A DNA stretch of 27,436 nucleotides from Fibrobacteria bacterium (GCA_041746255.1 JBGTHM010000046.1:1-27436); one strand, 5' to 3'; numbered from the stretch's first letter, positions 1 to 9,517 are shown. Program-made: numbers and translations. The notes: generated by a model not told the origin, from the sequence alone.

Positions 1-191
1 TGGAACCAATTGCCATTGTAATTAAGGCCAATGGAATCACTTGCATGCATGATCCGGCCTGCCTGAAGCCAGCCGGATCCATTTATTTGGATGGGGATCT
101 CCTTGGCCACAGCGGTTAAGCAAGTCAGAAGAATTAATGCAACCAGAGACAATCCTGCAAATATGCGACCCTTCAATATGCCCATCTTCAT
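1..191 (-). CDS. Outer-membrane beta-barrel family protein, third tandem paralog (N-terminal fragment, truncated by window edge)
   Basis: Manual minus-strand translation from ATG 191 gives MKMGILKGRIFAGLSLVALILLTCLTAVAKEIPIQINGSGWLQAGRIMHASDSIGLNYNGNWF: a signal peptide plus the GxGWxxxGxxMHxxD...YNxNW motif shared with the two upstream genes. In-frame alternative ATGs at 185, 203 and 224. Not in the ORF track. Confidence 0.85.
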   Translation of the reverse strand, partial: MKMGILKGRIFAGLSLVALILLTCLTAVAKEIPIQINGSGWLQAGRIMHASDSIGLNYNGNWF

Positions 192-261
192 AATTCCATT
201 CATCGTGAAAATCAATTTCCTCATATCGCCCGAACTCGCTTTTTGGTTGTCAAATCTACGA

Positions 262-1743
262 TTAGAAGAAATAACTCAACTTCAACATCCAATACCAGTC
301 ACTTATAGAGGTGGTTGCCGGTTCGAAGGAGGCGCCGGAAGGTGTTCCACCCGGACGAAAGTGGTCGTTGGCAACTTGGCCGCTGATTCGGACATGATTC
401 GCGAGAACTTTCGAGAAATAAAGCGACCATTTCAAGTTATCCCCATCAACGTCATATGGAGTCTGTAGGAATAAATCTGTTTCGGAAGTGACTTCAGTTT
501 GAGGTTCATTCCTGTTGACCCACGGAGTCTGGGGCATGGGAGAGCCTTCGCTCACCAATTTTCGGTAATCCGGAACAAGTTGGGAGCCATAATATTCAAC
601 CTCCAGAGCCAAAACATCCAAGATCTTGAAAGCCGGAATATTGAAGCCAATCATTACGGGGATACGCTCCTGGATTTTGTCGTAAATTCCCGGATAATCC
701 TGAACTCCTAACACTCCGATTTCGCCATATAATTTGAGATCATTTTTTCCCAGGATTCCGCTATTGGGAAAAAGATTCTGGGGGTTGATGGAGAACCTTC
801 CCATAAGTTTGATGCCTTTGTGAGAAGGCCATATATAATTGGTGTATAAAAGGGAATCGAATGGGTTTTCTCTATCCGCCAGGGGAATGACAATGGTGTC
901 TCTGGGGGAGGCAAAAACACGATTGTAACGGTGGGGTATTTGGGACACACCTTCCGCGCTGGGGTCGAATCCATCCGCCTCCGATGGGCTGGTCGCTCCG
1001 GGTCGGACCGGTAGGAAATGGTAAAAATTAACCCCGGCTCCGAGTTCGAATAAAGGTGTCGGTTTCCAGGTTCCGACGTAAAGGGCGGAAAAATCGTAAA
1101 AAGGCTTCAGGTCTGTTTCACTAGTGAGAATGATGTCTTGCGTGTAGGTCCCAAAGCGGTTTTGCATGCGTGCGCCCAGCATATTTGCCGTGCCCAGCAT
1201 TTCTTTGGTTTCGAATCCGGATACGAGCAGCCCCGGGTATACGGCTCCTCGTATCAGGTAGAGACCCAGGTTTTTGATGTCATAATCGTACTTATAGGGA
1301 AAAAGTCCGAAGTCAAAGCGGTGATTGTAATCCGTTTTGCCTTGCGGAAACCAGGTTAGCCTGCTTTGAGTGGAGAATACGTTTAGGCTCAACTTTACTT
1401 TAGCGGCGGCATCAAGGTCTTGCGGCGCCACCAAGGCGCCTTGCAATGGATGCCTTTGGATGGCGCCCAAACCGAAGGCCGCATCGAAATTTTCATTCAG
1501 GCTGACAATTCCGGTGAACAGTACCCCTGCATCCTGCATCCAGTTTTTATTGTAATCATTGGCTCCGTTTCCGGTAAGATAGTCAGTACTATGCATGACC
1601 ATCCCGGACTTCAGCCAACCGGCGCCTTTGAAAACGACATCCACGTTTGAAAAACTATTGGCCATTGTTTTTCCGGATGGCGCAAAAACCATCAAGGCCA
1701 AGGGCATTAAAAACCATTTTGAGAGGGAAATCATCTTTAGCAT
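262..1743 (-). CDS. Putative outer-membrane beta-barrel (porin-like) protein, uncharacterised family
   Basis: 493 aa; signal peptide; amphipathic strands; C-terminus WMLKLSYFF resembles a BAM beta-signal; aligns by eye over its full length with 1759..3237. Confidence 0.8.
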   Translation of the reverse strand: MLKMISLSKWFLMPLALMVFAPSGKTMANSFSNVDVVFKGAGWLKSGMVMHSTDYLTGNGANDYNKNWMQDAGVLFTGIVSLNENFDAAFGLGAIQRHPLQGALVAPQDLDAAAKVKLSLNVFSTQSRLTWFPQGKTDYNHRFDFGLFPYKYDYDIKNLGLYLIRGAVYPGLLVSGFETKEMLGTANMLGARMQNRFGTYTQDIILTSETDLKPFYDFSALYVGTWKPTPLFELGAGVNFYHFLPVRPGATSPSEADGFDPSAEGVSQIPHRYNRVFASPRDTIVIPLADRENPFDSLLYTNYIWPSHKGIKLMGRFSINPQNLFPNSGILGKNDLKLYGEIGVLGVQDYPGIYDKIQERIPVMIGFNIPAFKILDVLALEVEYYGSQLVPDYRKLVSEGSPMPQTPWVNRNEPQTEVTSETDLFLQTPYDVDGDNLKWSLYFSKVLANHVRISGQVANDHFRPGGTPSGASFEPATTSISDWYWMLKLSYFF

Positions 1744-1758
1744 CGATAAATCCGCTTT

Positions 1759-3237
1759 TTATTTAAAGAAGAAGCCAAGCCTGAACATCATATACCAATC
1801 TTCCAAAGTAGTGAATGCTGTTTCCAGCCGTTCGACTTGGGTTGGATCGGAATTGATGTGATTGCTGGGCCGGAAATGATCATTGGCAACTTGGAAACTC
1901 ACTTTTATGCTCTGACGGAAATTTTTTGAGAGGTAGAGCGACCATTTCCAATTGTCCTTCTGCATGTTATGGACGTCATAGGGATCCCCCCACGGGATAT
2001 CGGTGCCTTTCACATACGTATTTTCCACCAATTGCCCCCCGATGGTTTCCTGCCTGACCTCGGGCTCCCTGATTCGTCCTCTATATTCTCTGTATTCTTT
2101 ATTATTCATCGGAATCGGCGAAGCATGGGTCATCAGCAAACGATAGTCGTTTCGGAATGGAGCGCCATACCATTCCACTTCGAGGACAGCTTCGTCCAGG
2201 AGACCGAAAGAAGGTATTCCCAGGCCGAACATAAGGGGAATTCGCTCCAGGATATTCGGATAAACACCCTTGTAATCCCGGACTCCGATAATTGCGGCCT
2301 CCGCGAAGAACTTGAAGTCCATCGGCCCCCATCCGTCGGCATTCATCCAGGGTTTGGGATCAAAGGACATCCTTGCCATCACCTTGGTTCCTTGATGGGA
2401 AAGTAATGTTGTGTCTCCGGAAACCGTATCGATGTAGGCATAGTTTCCGTAATAGGGGTGCGCTTCTTCTCCTGGATTTACCCGATCGACAGGATCGGAA
2501 ATCTGGAAATCATTTCTATCGGTCAGCTTGGTGGCGCCGGGTTGGACTGCAAGTAAACGATAAAAATTGACTCCAGCACCCAGTTCCAGAATGCCGGCTA
2601 ATTTTACATTCGCGCTATAGATAAGGGATACGTCAAATATGGGCGGGAGGTCAATTTCACTTCGTAGAATCAAATCATGTGTGAGTATGCTTCCGAGATT
2701 GTGTTGGGCATGGATGCCTAAAATATTCCCGATAGTAGGGTCTAGCGATTGCGATTCAAATTCGGAAAAGAGAAAGCCGGGATACACGGGGCCGCGTAGC
2801 AGGTATGCTCCCAGATTCCGGTTGTCATGGCTATTCTGAAAAGGGAAAAGACCGAAGTTAAGCACCAGAGGCGGGTTTTCCCTCGACTCCATAAAGTATG
2901 TAAAGCGGGCCTCGGTAATGAAAGGCTCGAAGCCGGGGTTGATTTGCGTGGCGCCTAATACCGTGCCTTGAGGTCCGTGGAATTGAAAACCACCCAACCC
3001 CATGGCTCCTTGAAGGTTTTCGTCAATGTCCGCCATTACGGTAAACTGCGAGCCCGACCCTTGATGCCAGTTATTGTTGTAATTGTATCCGGGGGATAAA
3101 GTATCGGAGCTATGCATAATCCGACCGACTTGAAACCAACCCTTGCCCTGCAGATGCAGCTTGGCGGATTCCTGGGCGATGGAATTTTCAATTAGTATCA
3201 AGGGAAGAAGAAAAACAGAGAGAAAGAAGAAGTGCAT
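1759..3237 (-). CDS. Putative outer-membrane beta-barrel (porin-like) protein, paralog of 262..1743
   Basis: Start moved from TTG 3279 to ATG 3237, which has a GAGGGG SD and a signal peptide MHFFFLSVFLLPLILIENSIAQ. C-terminus YMMFRLGFFFK. Shared blocks FGLFP, NLGxYLxRGxVYPG, ELGAGVNFY, KWSLY, QVANDHFRP. Confidence 0.8.
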   Translation of the reverse strand: MHFFFLSVFLLPLILIENSIAQESAKLHLQGKGWFQVGRIMHSSDTLSPGYNYNNNWHQGSGSQFTVMADIDENLQGAMGLGGFQFHGPQGTVLGATQINPGFEPFITEARFTYFMESRENPPLVLNFGLFPFQNSHDNRNLGAYLLRGPVYPGFLFSEFESQSLDPTIGNILGIHAQHNLGSILTHDLILRSEIDLPPIFDVSLIYSANVKLAGILELGAGVNFYRLLAVQPGATKLTDRNDFQISDPVDRVNPGEEAHPYYGNYAYIDTVSGDTTLLSHQGTKVMARMSFDPKPWMNADGWGPMDFKFFAEAAIIGVRDYKGVYPNILERIPLMFGLGIPSFGLLDEAVLEVEWYGAPFRNDYRLLMTHASPIPMNNKEYREYRGRIREPEVRQETIGGQLVENTYVKGTDIPWGDPYDVHNMQKDNWKWSLYLSKNFRQSIKVSFQVANDHFRPSNHINSDPTQVERLETAFTTLEDWYMMFRLGFFFK

Positions 3238-3327
3238 TTGCCCCTCGTATGGAATGAGCCGCTCGCATCGGAACGGCAATCCGTCACTTTTGTAAGCCCG
3301 AATATTTAATTTATGAAGCCGAAAAGT

Positions 3328-4482
3328 TCAATTTTTTTCAGTTTGAACAATTTTGTAACTGGAAGTTTGATTCTCGGTTCGAACCGTTAATAAATGCACG
3401 CCGGGTTGGCTGATTTTTACACTATGCTCATAGTTTCCAGCGCTTCCCATTTTTTGGTAAATAGTCTTTCCAGCAAGGTCGGAAAGGTGCAATTCGTATG
3501 CGCTAGGTGAGGTAGCGTGGATCCTTAGAACATTATCGGTAATCGCCCAATTCAGCGAAGGCTGCCCGGGGGATTGACCATGAGGCTGGTTGATTAGAGT
3601 CGAACCACATTTCCAATCAGGATATGCATCAAGAGGGTTACCATCCGCTCTTACCTCCCGGACCAATATGGCTTTATACAAATTCGGATTGTTGATGGAC
3701 CATGCACCCGCTCCTTGATGTATTTGCAGACCGATGTGGCCATTGTGAACCTCCAGAGCGGCTTGATTGGCTGGGTCACGGTAGTGGACCATCTGGTATC
3801 CATTGATATAGGTATCAATATAAGGAACGTCGTTATTGTAAATTTTGGCGGCAACCCAATTATAATCATCCGCCTTCCATACCTTGGTGCTCCAGTCGGC
3901 CGCCGTCAGATTTTCCCGACCGGCGGTTCCGTTCAAATGCCATTCGCTGCGAAGCGTTATGCTGGTCGGGCTGTTGAACCCGAACGGCTTGTAATTTATT
4001 GCGTTGGATGGATTTGTGCGACCCTCACCCCAAATGCCACCTATCGCCTTGGTGGTGCCGGGCACATAATCAATTACCACCTGGTATGCTCTTCCGGCAG
4101 TATTCGAACGGAAGAAATAGCCTCCGTCATTTCGCCAATAGGGCTTGATATGGGTTTTGAATTCGACATTCTTGTACTGCCGTTTGGTATAAATAAGGCC
4201 ACCTCTTCTATCGGTGCTTTGATCCGAATGGAGGAGTTTATCCGCCACCCACCATCGGCTATTGTCGCCATGCCTTTGTCCGGAGGGATTGAAAAAATAT
4301 TTGGTCACCGACTCACCGGTACCGTCAAAAAGGGAAAACCACCCTGGGTCTTCTTCGCAAGCCGGCATTCCCGGACCGGGATCCGCACCGGCATTTCTGG
4401 AAAGATTGAGCATCGTTTGAGAATGCGTAGATGATGCTCCTGCCAGGAGTATGCAAATTAAGGGTAAAATTGCTTGTTTCAT
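3328..4482 (-). CDS. Secreted DUF1080 (3-keto-disaccharide hydrolase/lyase-like) protein with T9SS-like C-terminal domain
   Basis: Signal peptide; DUF1080-type motifs GWFSLFDG, NDGGYFFR, YQVVID, GHIGLQIH; C-terminal LSDLAGK...PGVHLLTV...KIV; GAGG SD. Confidence 0.75.
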   Translation of the reverse strand: MKQAILPLICILLAGASSTHSQTMLNLSRNAGADPGPGMPACEEDPGWFSLFDGTGESVTKYFFNPSGQRHGDNSRWWVADKLLHSDQSTDRRGGLIYTKRQYKNVEFKTHIKPYWRNDGGYFFRSNTAGRAYQVVIDYVPGTTKAIGGIWGEGRTNPSNAINYKPFGFNSPTSITLRSEWHLNGTAGRENLTAADWSTKVWKADDYNWVAAKIYNNDVPYIDTYINGYQMVHYRDPANQAALEVHNGHIGLQIHQGAGAWSINNPNLYKAILVREVRADGNPLDAYPDWKCGSTLINQPHGQSPGQPSLNWAITDNVLRIHATSPSAYELHLSDLAGKTIYQKMGSAGNYEHSVKISQPGVHLLTVRTENQTSSYKIVQTEKN

Positions 4483-4582
4483 TAAGAAAACCTCATTTTA
4501 AGTCGCTCGGGAAAGGCTAGTAATGAATCGGAATACCAGTAAGATAGCACGAAAAACGGCATTGTGGGGGCAGATTTCTGAG

Positions 4583-4604
4583 AAAATTGAGACGTCGCAA
4601 TTTT
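4583..4604. promoter_or_regulatory. 22-bp near-perfect palindrome, candidate operator in the divergent promoter region
   Basis: AAAATTGAGACGTCGCAATTTT: 10 of 11 arm positions pair; about 100 bp upstream of the DUF1080 start. Confidence 0.5.
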
Positions 4605-5047
4605 TTTTGATAAACGTTGGAAATTTCTGGAAAGATTGCTCAAAAAGCAAAAATTTTTAGTCACAAAAACTGTTTTTTTAAGAAAACGCTAGGTGTCGGG
4701 CATGAGCACGCTACTCTAGGCGGACCACTTTCTTCCGCCGAGCCTCGGGCTTTTATCCGGAAAAGCCGTTGGGAATGTCGTCAAGATAGATCTGGTGGAG
4801 GCAGGGGTAAGTTTTTGAACGAGTTTTTTTTCGGCTGGGTAACCAGCGGATAAAGGTATGATCCTCCTGGTAATGAATTAACGCGTGCTCACCCATCCAT
4901 TCCATTTGGAAACCTGAGTACTTGATGGTTTTGGTCGGTCAATTGTTTAAAAAGCCTTTTGTGTCATCAGGTGAATTCATTGCTCTTCCCCTTCAAGGTA
5001 TTCGCGATTCGGAGCCGGTACCTCTAGAAGTTGTTAAATTGGCTGGC

Positions 5048-7444
5048 ATGTCCAATCGACTGGCGCAATTGGCGCTTGTACTCGCGCTCTCATCGTTTTG
5101 GGCAGGTTGCTCACCCCGTAAAAATGAGGGCGGCGGCTTTCAGCTTCAGCCTCTCGAAACAATTTACTCAGGTACTGGTGTCTTCTCACAATTGGTGGTT
5201 GATGATAAGCGACAATTATTGCTTGATTCCATTGCTCAAGTGGTTAGGGACCTTGATTTTCTTACGGGGAAAGAGCAACGGTCGCTGGCGAATCTGAAGA
5301 CACACTACCCATATTCCCATACCATTTTTCCTCCCGCTTTTACGCCGCCCACTTTTTCATGGTCAGATTCATCCACGCAATCCGATTTCTGGTTAATCGA
5401 AGGAACTTCGGAGGACGGCCATCTTTTCCATACTGTTACCTTAAGTCCCATTCTGCCACCGCCAGTCATTGATTCAAGCGCAATCCCCACAGATGCCCCC
5501 ATGGAGATTCCCGATCCGAACCGGTTCAAGAACTGGATTCCACCCGAACAGATATGGAGTCTGATGCAAAAGGCCTCGCGGGAAAAATGGCTTACTCTCA
5601 GAATTTCCGGCTTCCATCGCGACCAGCCATTTTCTCCCCTGTCTCAGGGAAAGTTTGTTTTCAAAACCTCAAATGATTCCGTGACATCACCGATTTTCTA
5701 CCGCGATGTGCCTATCATGCCCACGAAAAATGAGACGGGAAGGATACAACCACTTACCAGCACGGCGGAAGGCTTGATCAAATGGAGCCTCCGGGATGTT
5801 ACCCGGCCAGACAACAGAACGATAATTCCGAGTCTCCCCACATGCGCCAATTGCCATTCCTTCTCACGCGACGGTTCGACCATGGGGATGGATTTGGATG
5901 GGCCCCAATCGGATAAAGGCGGATACGGCCTTGCCAAAGTTGCAAGAGAAATGGATATCGGCCGCAAGGATATATTCAGTTGGAATCATGACTTTAAGAC
6001 GAAACCGAAGGGCAGCAAAACCATTGGCTTTCTATCCCAGGTTTCTCCGGAAGGGGACTATGTCATTACTACCGTTAACGAAGCGGTATACATCAATAAT
6101 TTCCTCAACCATCGCTATATCCAGGTTTTTTACCCGACTCGCGGAGTATTGGCCTATTATTCAAAGCGAACGGGGAAAATCCAAACTCTTCCAGGCGCTG
6201 ACGACAGCTCATTCGTCCATTGCAATCCAACCTGGAGTCCGGACGGGAAATACCTCGTCTTTTCCCGCGCCCGCGCCAAAGACCCTTATGCACCCGGACA
6301 ACCGGATCCGAAGTTCCCCAATGATTCCAACGAGACTCAAATCCAATACAATCTTTACAGAATCCCATTCAATGGTGGGCGAGGGGGGAAAGCGGAACCT
6401 ATTACCGGCGCTTCTTATAATGGAATGAGTAATACCTTTCCGAAAATCTCACCGGACGGCCGCTTTATTGTTTACGTACAATGCCGCAATGGGCAGCTTT
6501 TGCGTCCGGACGGAAAATTGTGGATAGTCCCGATTGAAGGGGGGGAAGCCCGGCTTATGAATTGCAATACCCCCGAGATGAATTCGTGGCATAGTTTTTC
6601 GCCCGATGGCCGGTGGATGGTATTTTCTTCCAAGGGATTTTCGCACTATACCCAAATGTTCCTGACGCATATCAACGAAGACGGAGAGGATAGCCCTCCC
6701 GTTCTCATCCCTAATGCCACCGCGGCTAATCGGGCCGTGAACCTTCCCGAATTCGTAAATATCGGATACGACGATTTGTACAAGATTGATGTATCGGGAG
6801 TCAACCATTTGCAATACATGCAAGATGCGAGGGAATTGCTTGAAAGGAATAATCCCATTGATGCCCAGGCCCGGATGCGTCAAGCGCTTAAAGAGGAGTT
6901 GGAAGACATGAAGTTCCGCTCGGAAGTCCAGCTGCTGCTCGGCTGGTTGCACACTAACGTGGATTCGGGGTTGGCGTTAACTCGGGAGGCAATTCGTTCC
7001 GATCCTAAAAATTCGGTTGCCCATTATAATTTAGGGGTGTTCCACGAGGGACAACAAAAAATCACGCAAGCCGTGCGCAGCTACCAGGATTGTCTGGAAC
7101 TCGATCCTGACAATTACTGGGCCATGGCCCGCCTGTCCCGGATCTACATGCAAGAGGACGCGCCGGGGATCCGTGATTATGAGAAAGCGATTGAATGGGC
7201 TGAGAAGGCTAATCGAACTTCCAAATATCGGGAGCCTTCAATCCTGAAAACATTGGCTAGAGCCTATTCCGAAAGCCGTCGATTTCGTGAAGCCATAGAG
7301 ACCGCCTCAGTGGGGCTCAATTTGGCGATTCAGGCTGGCCTTCAGAATGAAATCGTAGAACTGGAACACGAAATCCAACGCTACCAAGCGAATCGCCCTT
7401 TCAGCTCCGTCGTAGAACCTTTGCGTCCCGGAAGACCCAAATAA
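5048..7444 (+). CDS. Predicted lipoprotein: TolB-like/PD40 beta-propeller, single CxxCH motif, C-terminal TPRs
   Basis: Start moved to ATG 5048 (MSNRLAQLALVLALSSFWAG-C, lipobox-like). PD40 motifs PTWSPDGKYLVFS, PKISPDGRFIVY, HSFSPDGRWMVFSS; CANCH at 5843..5857; TPRs such as AHYNLG...YQDCLELDPDN. Confidence 0.8.
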   Translation: MSNRLAQLALVLALSSFWAGCSPRKNEGGGFQLQPLETIYSGTGVFSQLVVDDKRQLLLDSIAQVVRDLDFLTGKEQRSLANLKTHYPYSHTIFPPAFTPPTFSWSDSSTQSDFWLIEGTSEDGHLFHTVTLSPILPPPVIDSSAIPTDAPMEIPDPNRFKNWIPPEQIWSLMQKASREKWLTLRISGFHRDQPFSPLSQGKFVFKTSNDSVTSPIFYRDVPIMPTKNETGRIQPLTSTAEGLIKWSLRDVTRPDNRTIIPSLPTCANCHSFSRDGSTMGMDLDGPQSDKGGYGLAKVAREMDIGRKDIFSWNHDFKTKPKGSKTIGFLSQVSPEGDYVITTVNEAVYINNFLNHRYIQVFYPTRGVLAYYSKRTGKIQTLPGADDSSFVHCNPTWSPDGKYLVFSRARAKDPYAPGQPDPKFPNDSNETQIQYNLYRIPFNGGRGGKAEPITGASYNGMSNTFPKISPDGRFIVYVQCRNGQLLRPDGKLWIVPIEGGEARLMNCNTPEMNSWHSFSPDGRWMVFSSKGFSHYTQMFLTHINEDGEDSPPVLIPNATAANRAVNLPEFVNIGYDDLYKIDVSGVNHLQYMQDARELLERNNPIDAQARMRQALKEELEDMKFRSEVQLLLGWLHTNVDSGLALTREAIRSDPKNSVAHYNLGVFHEGQQKITQAVRSYQDCLELDPDNYWAMARLSRIYMQEDAPGIRDYEKAIEWAEKANRTSKYREPSILKTLARAYSESRRFREAIETASVGLNLAIQAGLQNEIVELEHEIQRYQANRPFSSVVEPLRPGRPK

Positions 7445-7794
7445 AGCAAATCGACTTTCGGCCGATATCGGTTGAATGGAACTGATAACCCGTATTTCCA
7501 AAAAAACAGAATCGGATTTGAAGCGGACGGGGCGCCAACCTCGCCTGAATTTAAACTCTATCTGAGCCTAAAAGAGGTATAATAGAGGAGCAGAAAAGTC
7601 TCGGGCTTTTTAAGTGCAAATTTGAAAGGTTATACCATTTTGCCGTATTTCCCCATCGATTTTGCCACCCTAAACCGGAAATGGGAGCTATTATATGGGA
7701 ACGCCGAAAAAATAGGTACGTATAAATTTTTAAGGAATCGATTACTTTTTAATATCCGGCTCTGCATATCGCGGCCTCAATAAGGAGATGTTTC

Positions 7795-9453
7795 ATGAAA
7801 CTTGGCCATCTAATCAGGAGTCACCAACTCAGCTTTTTGAACTTAAGGTTTGTTTGTCTTCTGGCCGCGAGCGCGGCGCTGCTCGCGCCTCAGACGGTCA
7901 AGGCGCAATGCGCCGTTAAGGATAGCGACTTCAAATTGGTTTCGCTGCAACGGAGCCTGGCTGAGCCCATGGTGATCGACATCGATGCCCATGACCGGGT
8001 TTTCATTGCCGAACGGCGTACCGGGAACCTCAAAATTTATAACCCTAAAACTGAAAAAACCGTTATAGCCGCAACCATCCAGGATTTATACAGGGTAAAC
8101 AAAAGGCAAAGCGCTGGCTTTCTCGGATTGGCTCTTCATCCCAATTTCGAAGTCAACAAACACCTGTTCATATTGTATACGCCCGCATCTCCCATCGATT
8201 CGGGTTTGATAAGGTTGTCCAGGGTCACTGTGCAGGGCGATGCCGTCAACATGGCCACCGAAAAGGTCGTGGCGGAATTTCCCATGAGTTTTGAATGCTG
8301 TCACCAAGCCGGCGACATCAAATTCGGCCAGAACAATCAATTGTTCATTGGTACGGGTAATAATCGCACCGGCGTTGATTTCAAAGGGTCTGCGGATATT
8401 TCTCCCAATCCTATGAGCTATGCCGGAAAAATTCTCCGTATTAAAATTGAAGACAATGGTACCTATTCCATTCCGGCGGGCAACCTCTATTCCGATCCCA
8501 AAGACGGGCTTCCGGAAATTTATGTTTCGGGGACCCGCAATCCTTATCGTCTCGGCGTGGACAAGAAAACCAATTGGTTGTATTGGGGTGAAGTGGGACC
8601 GGACGGGCCTCGCAGGGAAGAGATGAACCAGGCGCGAGCCGCGGGATTTTTCGGCTATCCCTATTTCTTTGGTCAAAATGAACCGACTGTAGCCGACTTC
8701 AGCGGTCAAAAGGCCAATGCGCCGACTTATAAAGGAAAAGCGTTGCCCCCTGCTCAACCGGCCCTGATTGCCTATGCGCTCCAACAGGGCTCACTGCTCT
8801 TGAATAAAGCCGGAGACACCAAAAAACTTGAGATCCAAGGTTCTTGCGCCTACAGCGGACCGATTTATCATTTCGATCCCTCATCGCCATCCAAAACCCG
8901 TGTTCCGGAGGTTTGGGACAAGCGTTGGTTTACCTTGGATATGAAAGCCAAATGGTTCAGCACCGTCTCCTTTACCGAAGATGGATATGTTAAAAACTTC
9001 GAACATATCCTTTCCAATCTTGGTACGGACATTCTTCCCCGCGACAACCTCATGTATTTAGGCATTTCACCTCGTGGTGATATGTACATCCTGGAATATG
9101 GCGCTACCTGGCGGACAAACAACGGAAACTCAGGCCTTTTCAAAGTCGAATACACCGGAAATTGTAACCCTGTCGGAAACGAAGCGGAATGGCTGGCTAA
9201 ACAGACTGTCTCCATTCATCGCGAACGGCTTGCTTCCCAAGGTCTGGTTCCCCATGCGATTCCCGTGGATGCGCGCCGCGTACTTCTCCCGGCAGGGGCG
9301 ACCAGCGTGGAATTGTACGACTTGCAGGGCAAGCTCGTTTGGAGCCGGAACAATATCGCCGTCCCGGCTTCGGGATGGGTGGAAATCCCTTCCAACTTGA
9401 ATCGCACCGGACTCCTGTTCGCGCGCTTCCCGGATATGAAATCGAAGCTCTAA
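7795..9453 (+). CDS. Secreted glucose/sorbosone dehydrogenase (GSDH, PQQ-dependent sugar dehydrogenase family) with C-terminal sorting-like domain
   Basis: TAAGGAG SD; signal peptide ending VKA-Q; motifs GFLGLALHPNF, CCHQAGDIKFG, GKILRI, PEIYVSGTRNPYR, EEMN, GYPY; C-terminal VELYDLQGK. Confidence 0.85.
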   Translation: MKLGHLIRSHQLSFLNLRFVCLLAASAALLAPQTVKAQCAVKDSDFKLVSLQRSLAEPMVIDIDAHDRVFIAERRTGNLKIYNPKTEKTVIAATIQDLYRVNKRQSAGFLGLALHPNFEVNKHLFILYTPASPIDSGLIRLSRVTVQGDAVNMATEKVVAEFPMSFECCHQAGDIKFGQNNQLFIGTGNNRTGVDFKGSADISPNPMSYAGKILRIKIEDNGTYSIPAGNLYSDPKDGLPEIYVSGTRNPYRLGVDKKTNWLYWGEVGPDGPRREEMNQARAAGFFGYPYFFGQNEPTVADFSGQKANAPTYKGKALPPAQPALIAYALQQGSLLLNKAGDTKKLEIQGSCAYSGPIYHFDPSSPSKTRVPEVWDKRWFTLDMKAKWFSTVSFTEDGYVKNFEHILSNLGTDILPRDNLMYLGISPRGDMYILEYGATWRTNNGNSGLFKVEYTGNCNPVGNEAEWLAKQTVSIHRERLASQGLVPHAIPVDARRVLLPAGATSVELYDLQGKLVWSRNNIAVPASGWVEIPSNLNRTGLLFARFPDMKSKL

Positions 9454-9474
9454 GCGGATAATCCTTTCCCCTCC

Positions 9475-9511
9475 AAAAAGAGAGCCCTTTCGCAGGGGGC
9501 TCTCTTTTTTT
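9475..9511 (+). terminator. Intrinsic terminator (possibly bidirectional)
   Basis: AAAAAGAGAGCCC-tttcgcagg-GGGCTCTCTTTTTTT, about 20 nt after the GSDH stop codon. Confidence 0.9.
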
Positions 9512-9517
9512 ATTTAC

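Noticed and set aside
91..468. 125-aa plus-strand ORF
   Set aside because: Antisense to two minus-strand barrel paralogs whose reading frames are supported by mutual homology.
1205..1222. GGTTTCGAATCC, resembling a tRNA T-loop
   Set aside because: Inside a CDS, with no cloverleaf or acceptor stem.
4482..4853. Short ORFs 4482..4664(-) and 4617..4853(+)
   Set aside because: Span AT-rich promoter-like DNA, with no convincing SD or protein-like features.
4858..4881. Tiny ORF MILLVMN as a possible leader peptide
   Set aside because: No terminator/antiterminator follows and the downstream gene is not biosynthetic; likely chance.
4922..5047. N-terminal extension of the 840-aa ORF
   Set aside because: The lipoprotein signal begins at ATG 5048; the extension is probably a longest-ORF artefact.
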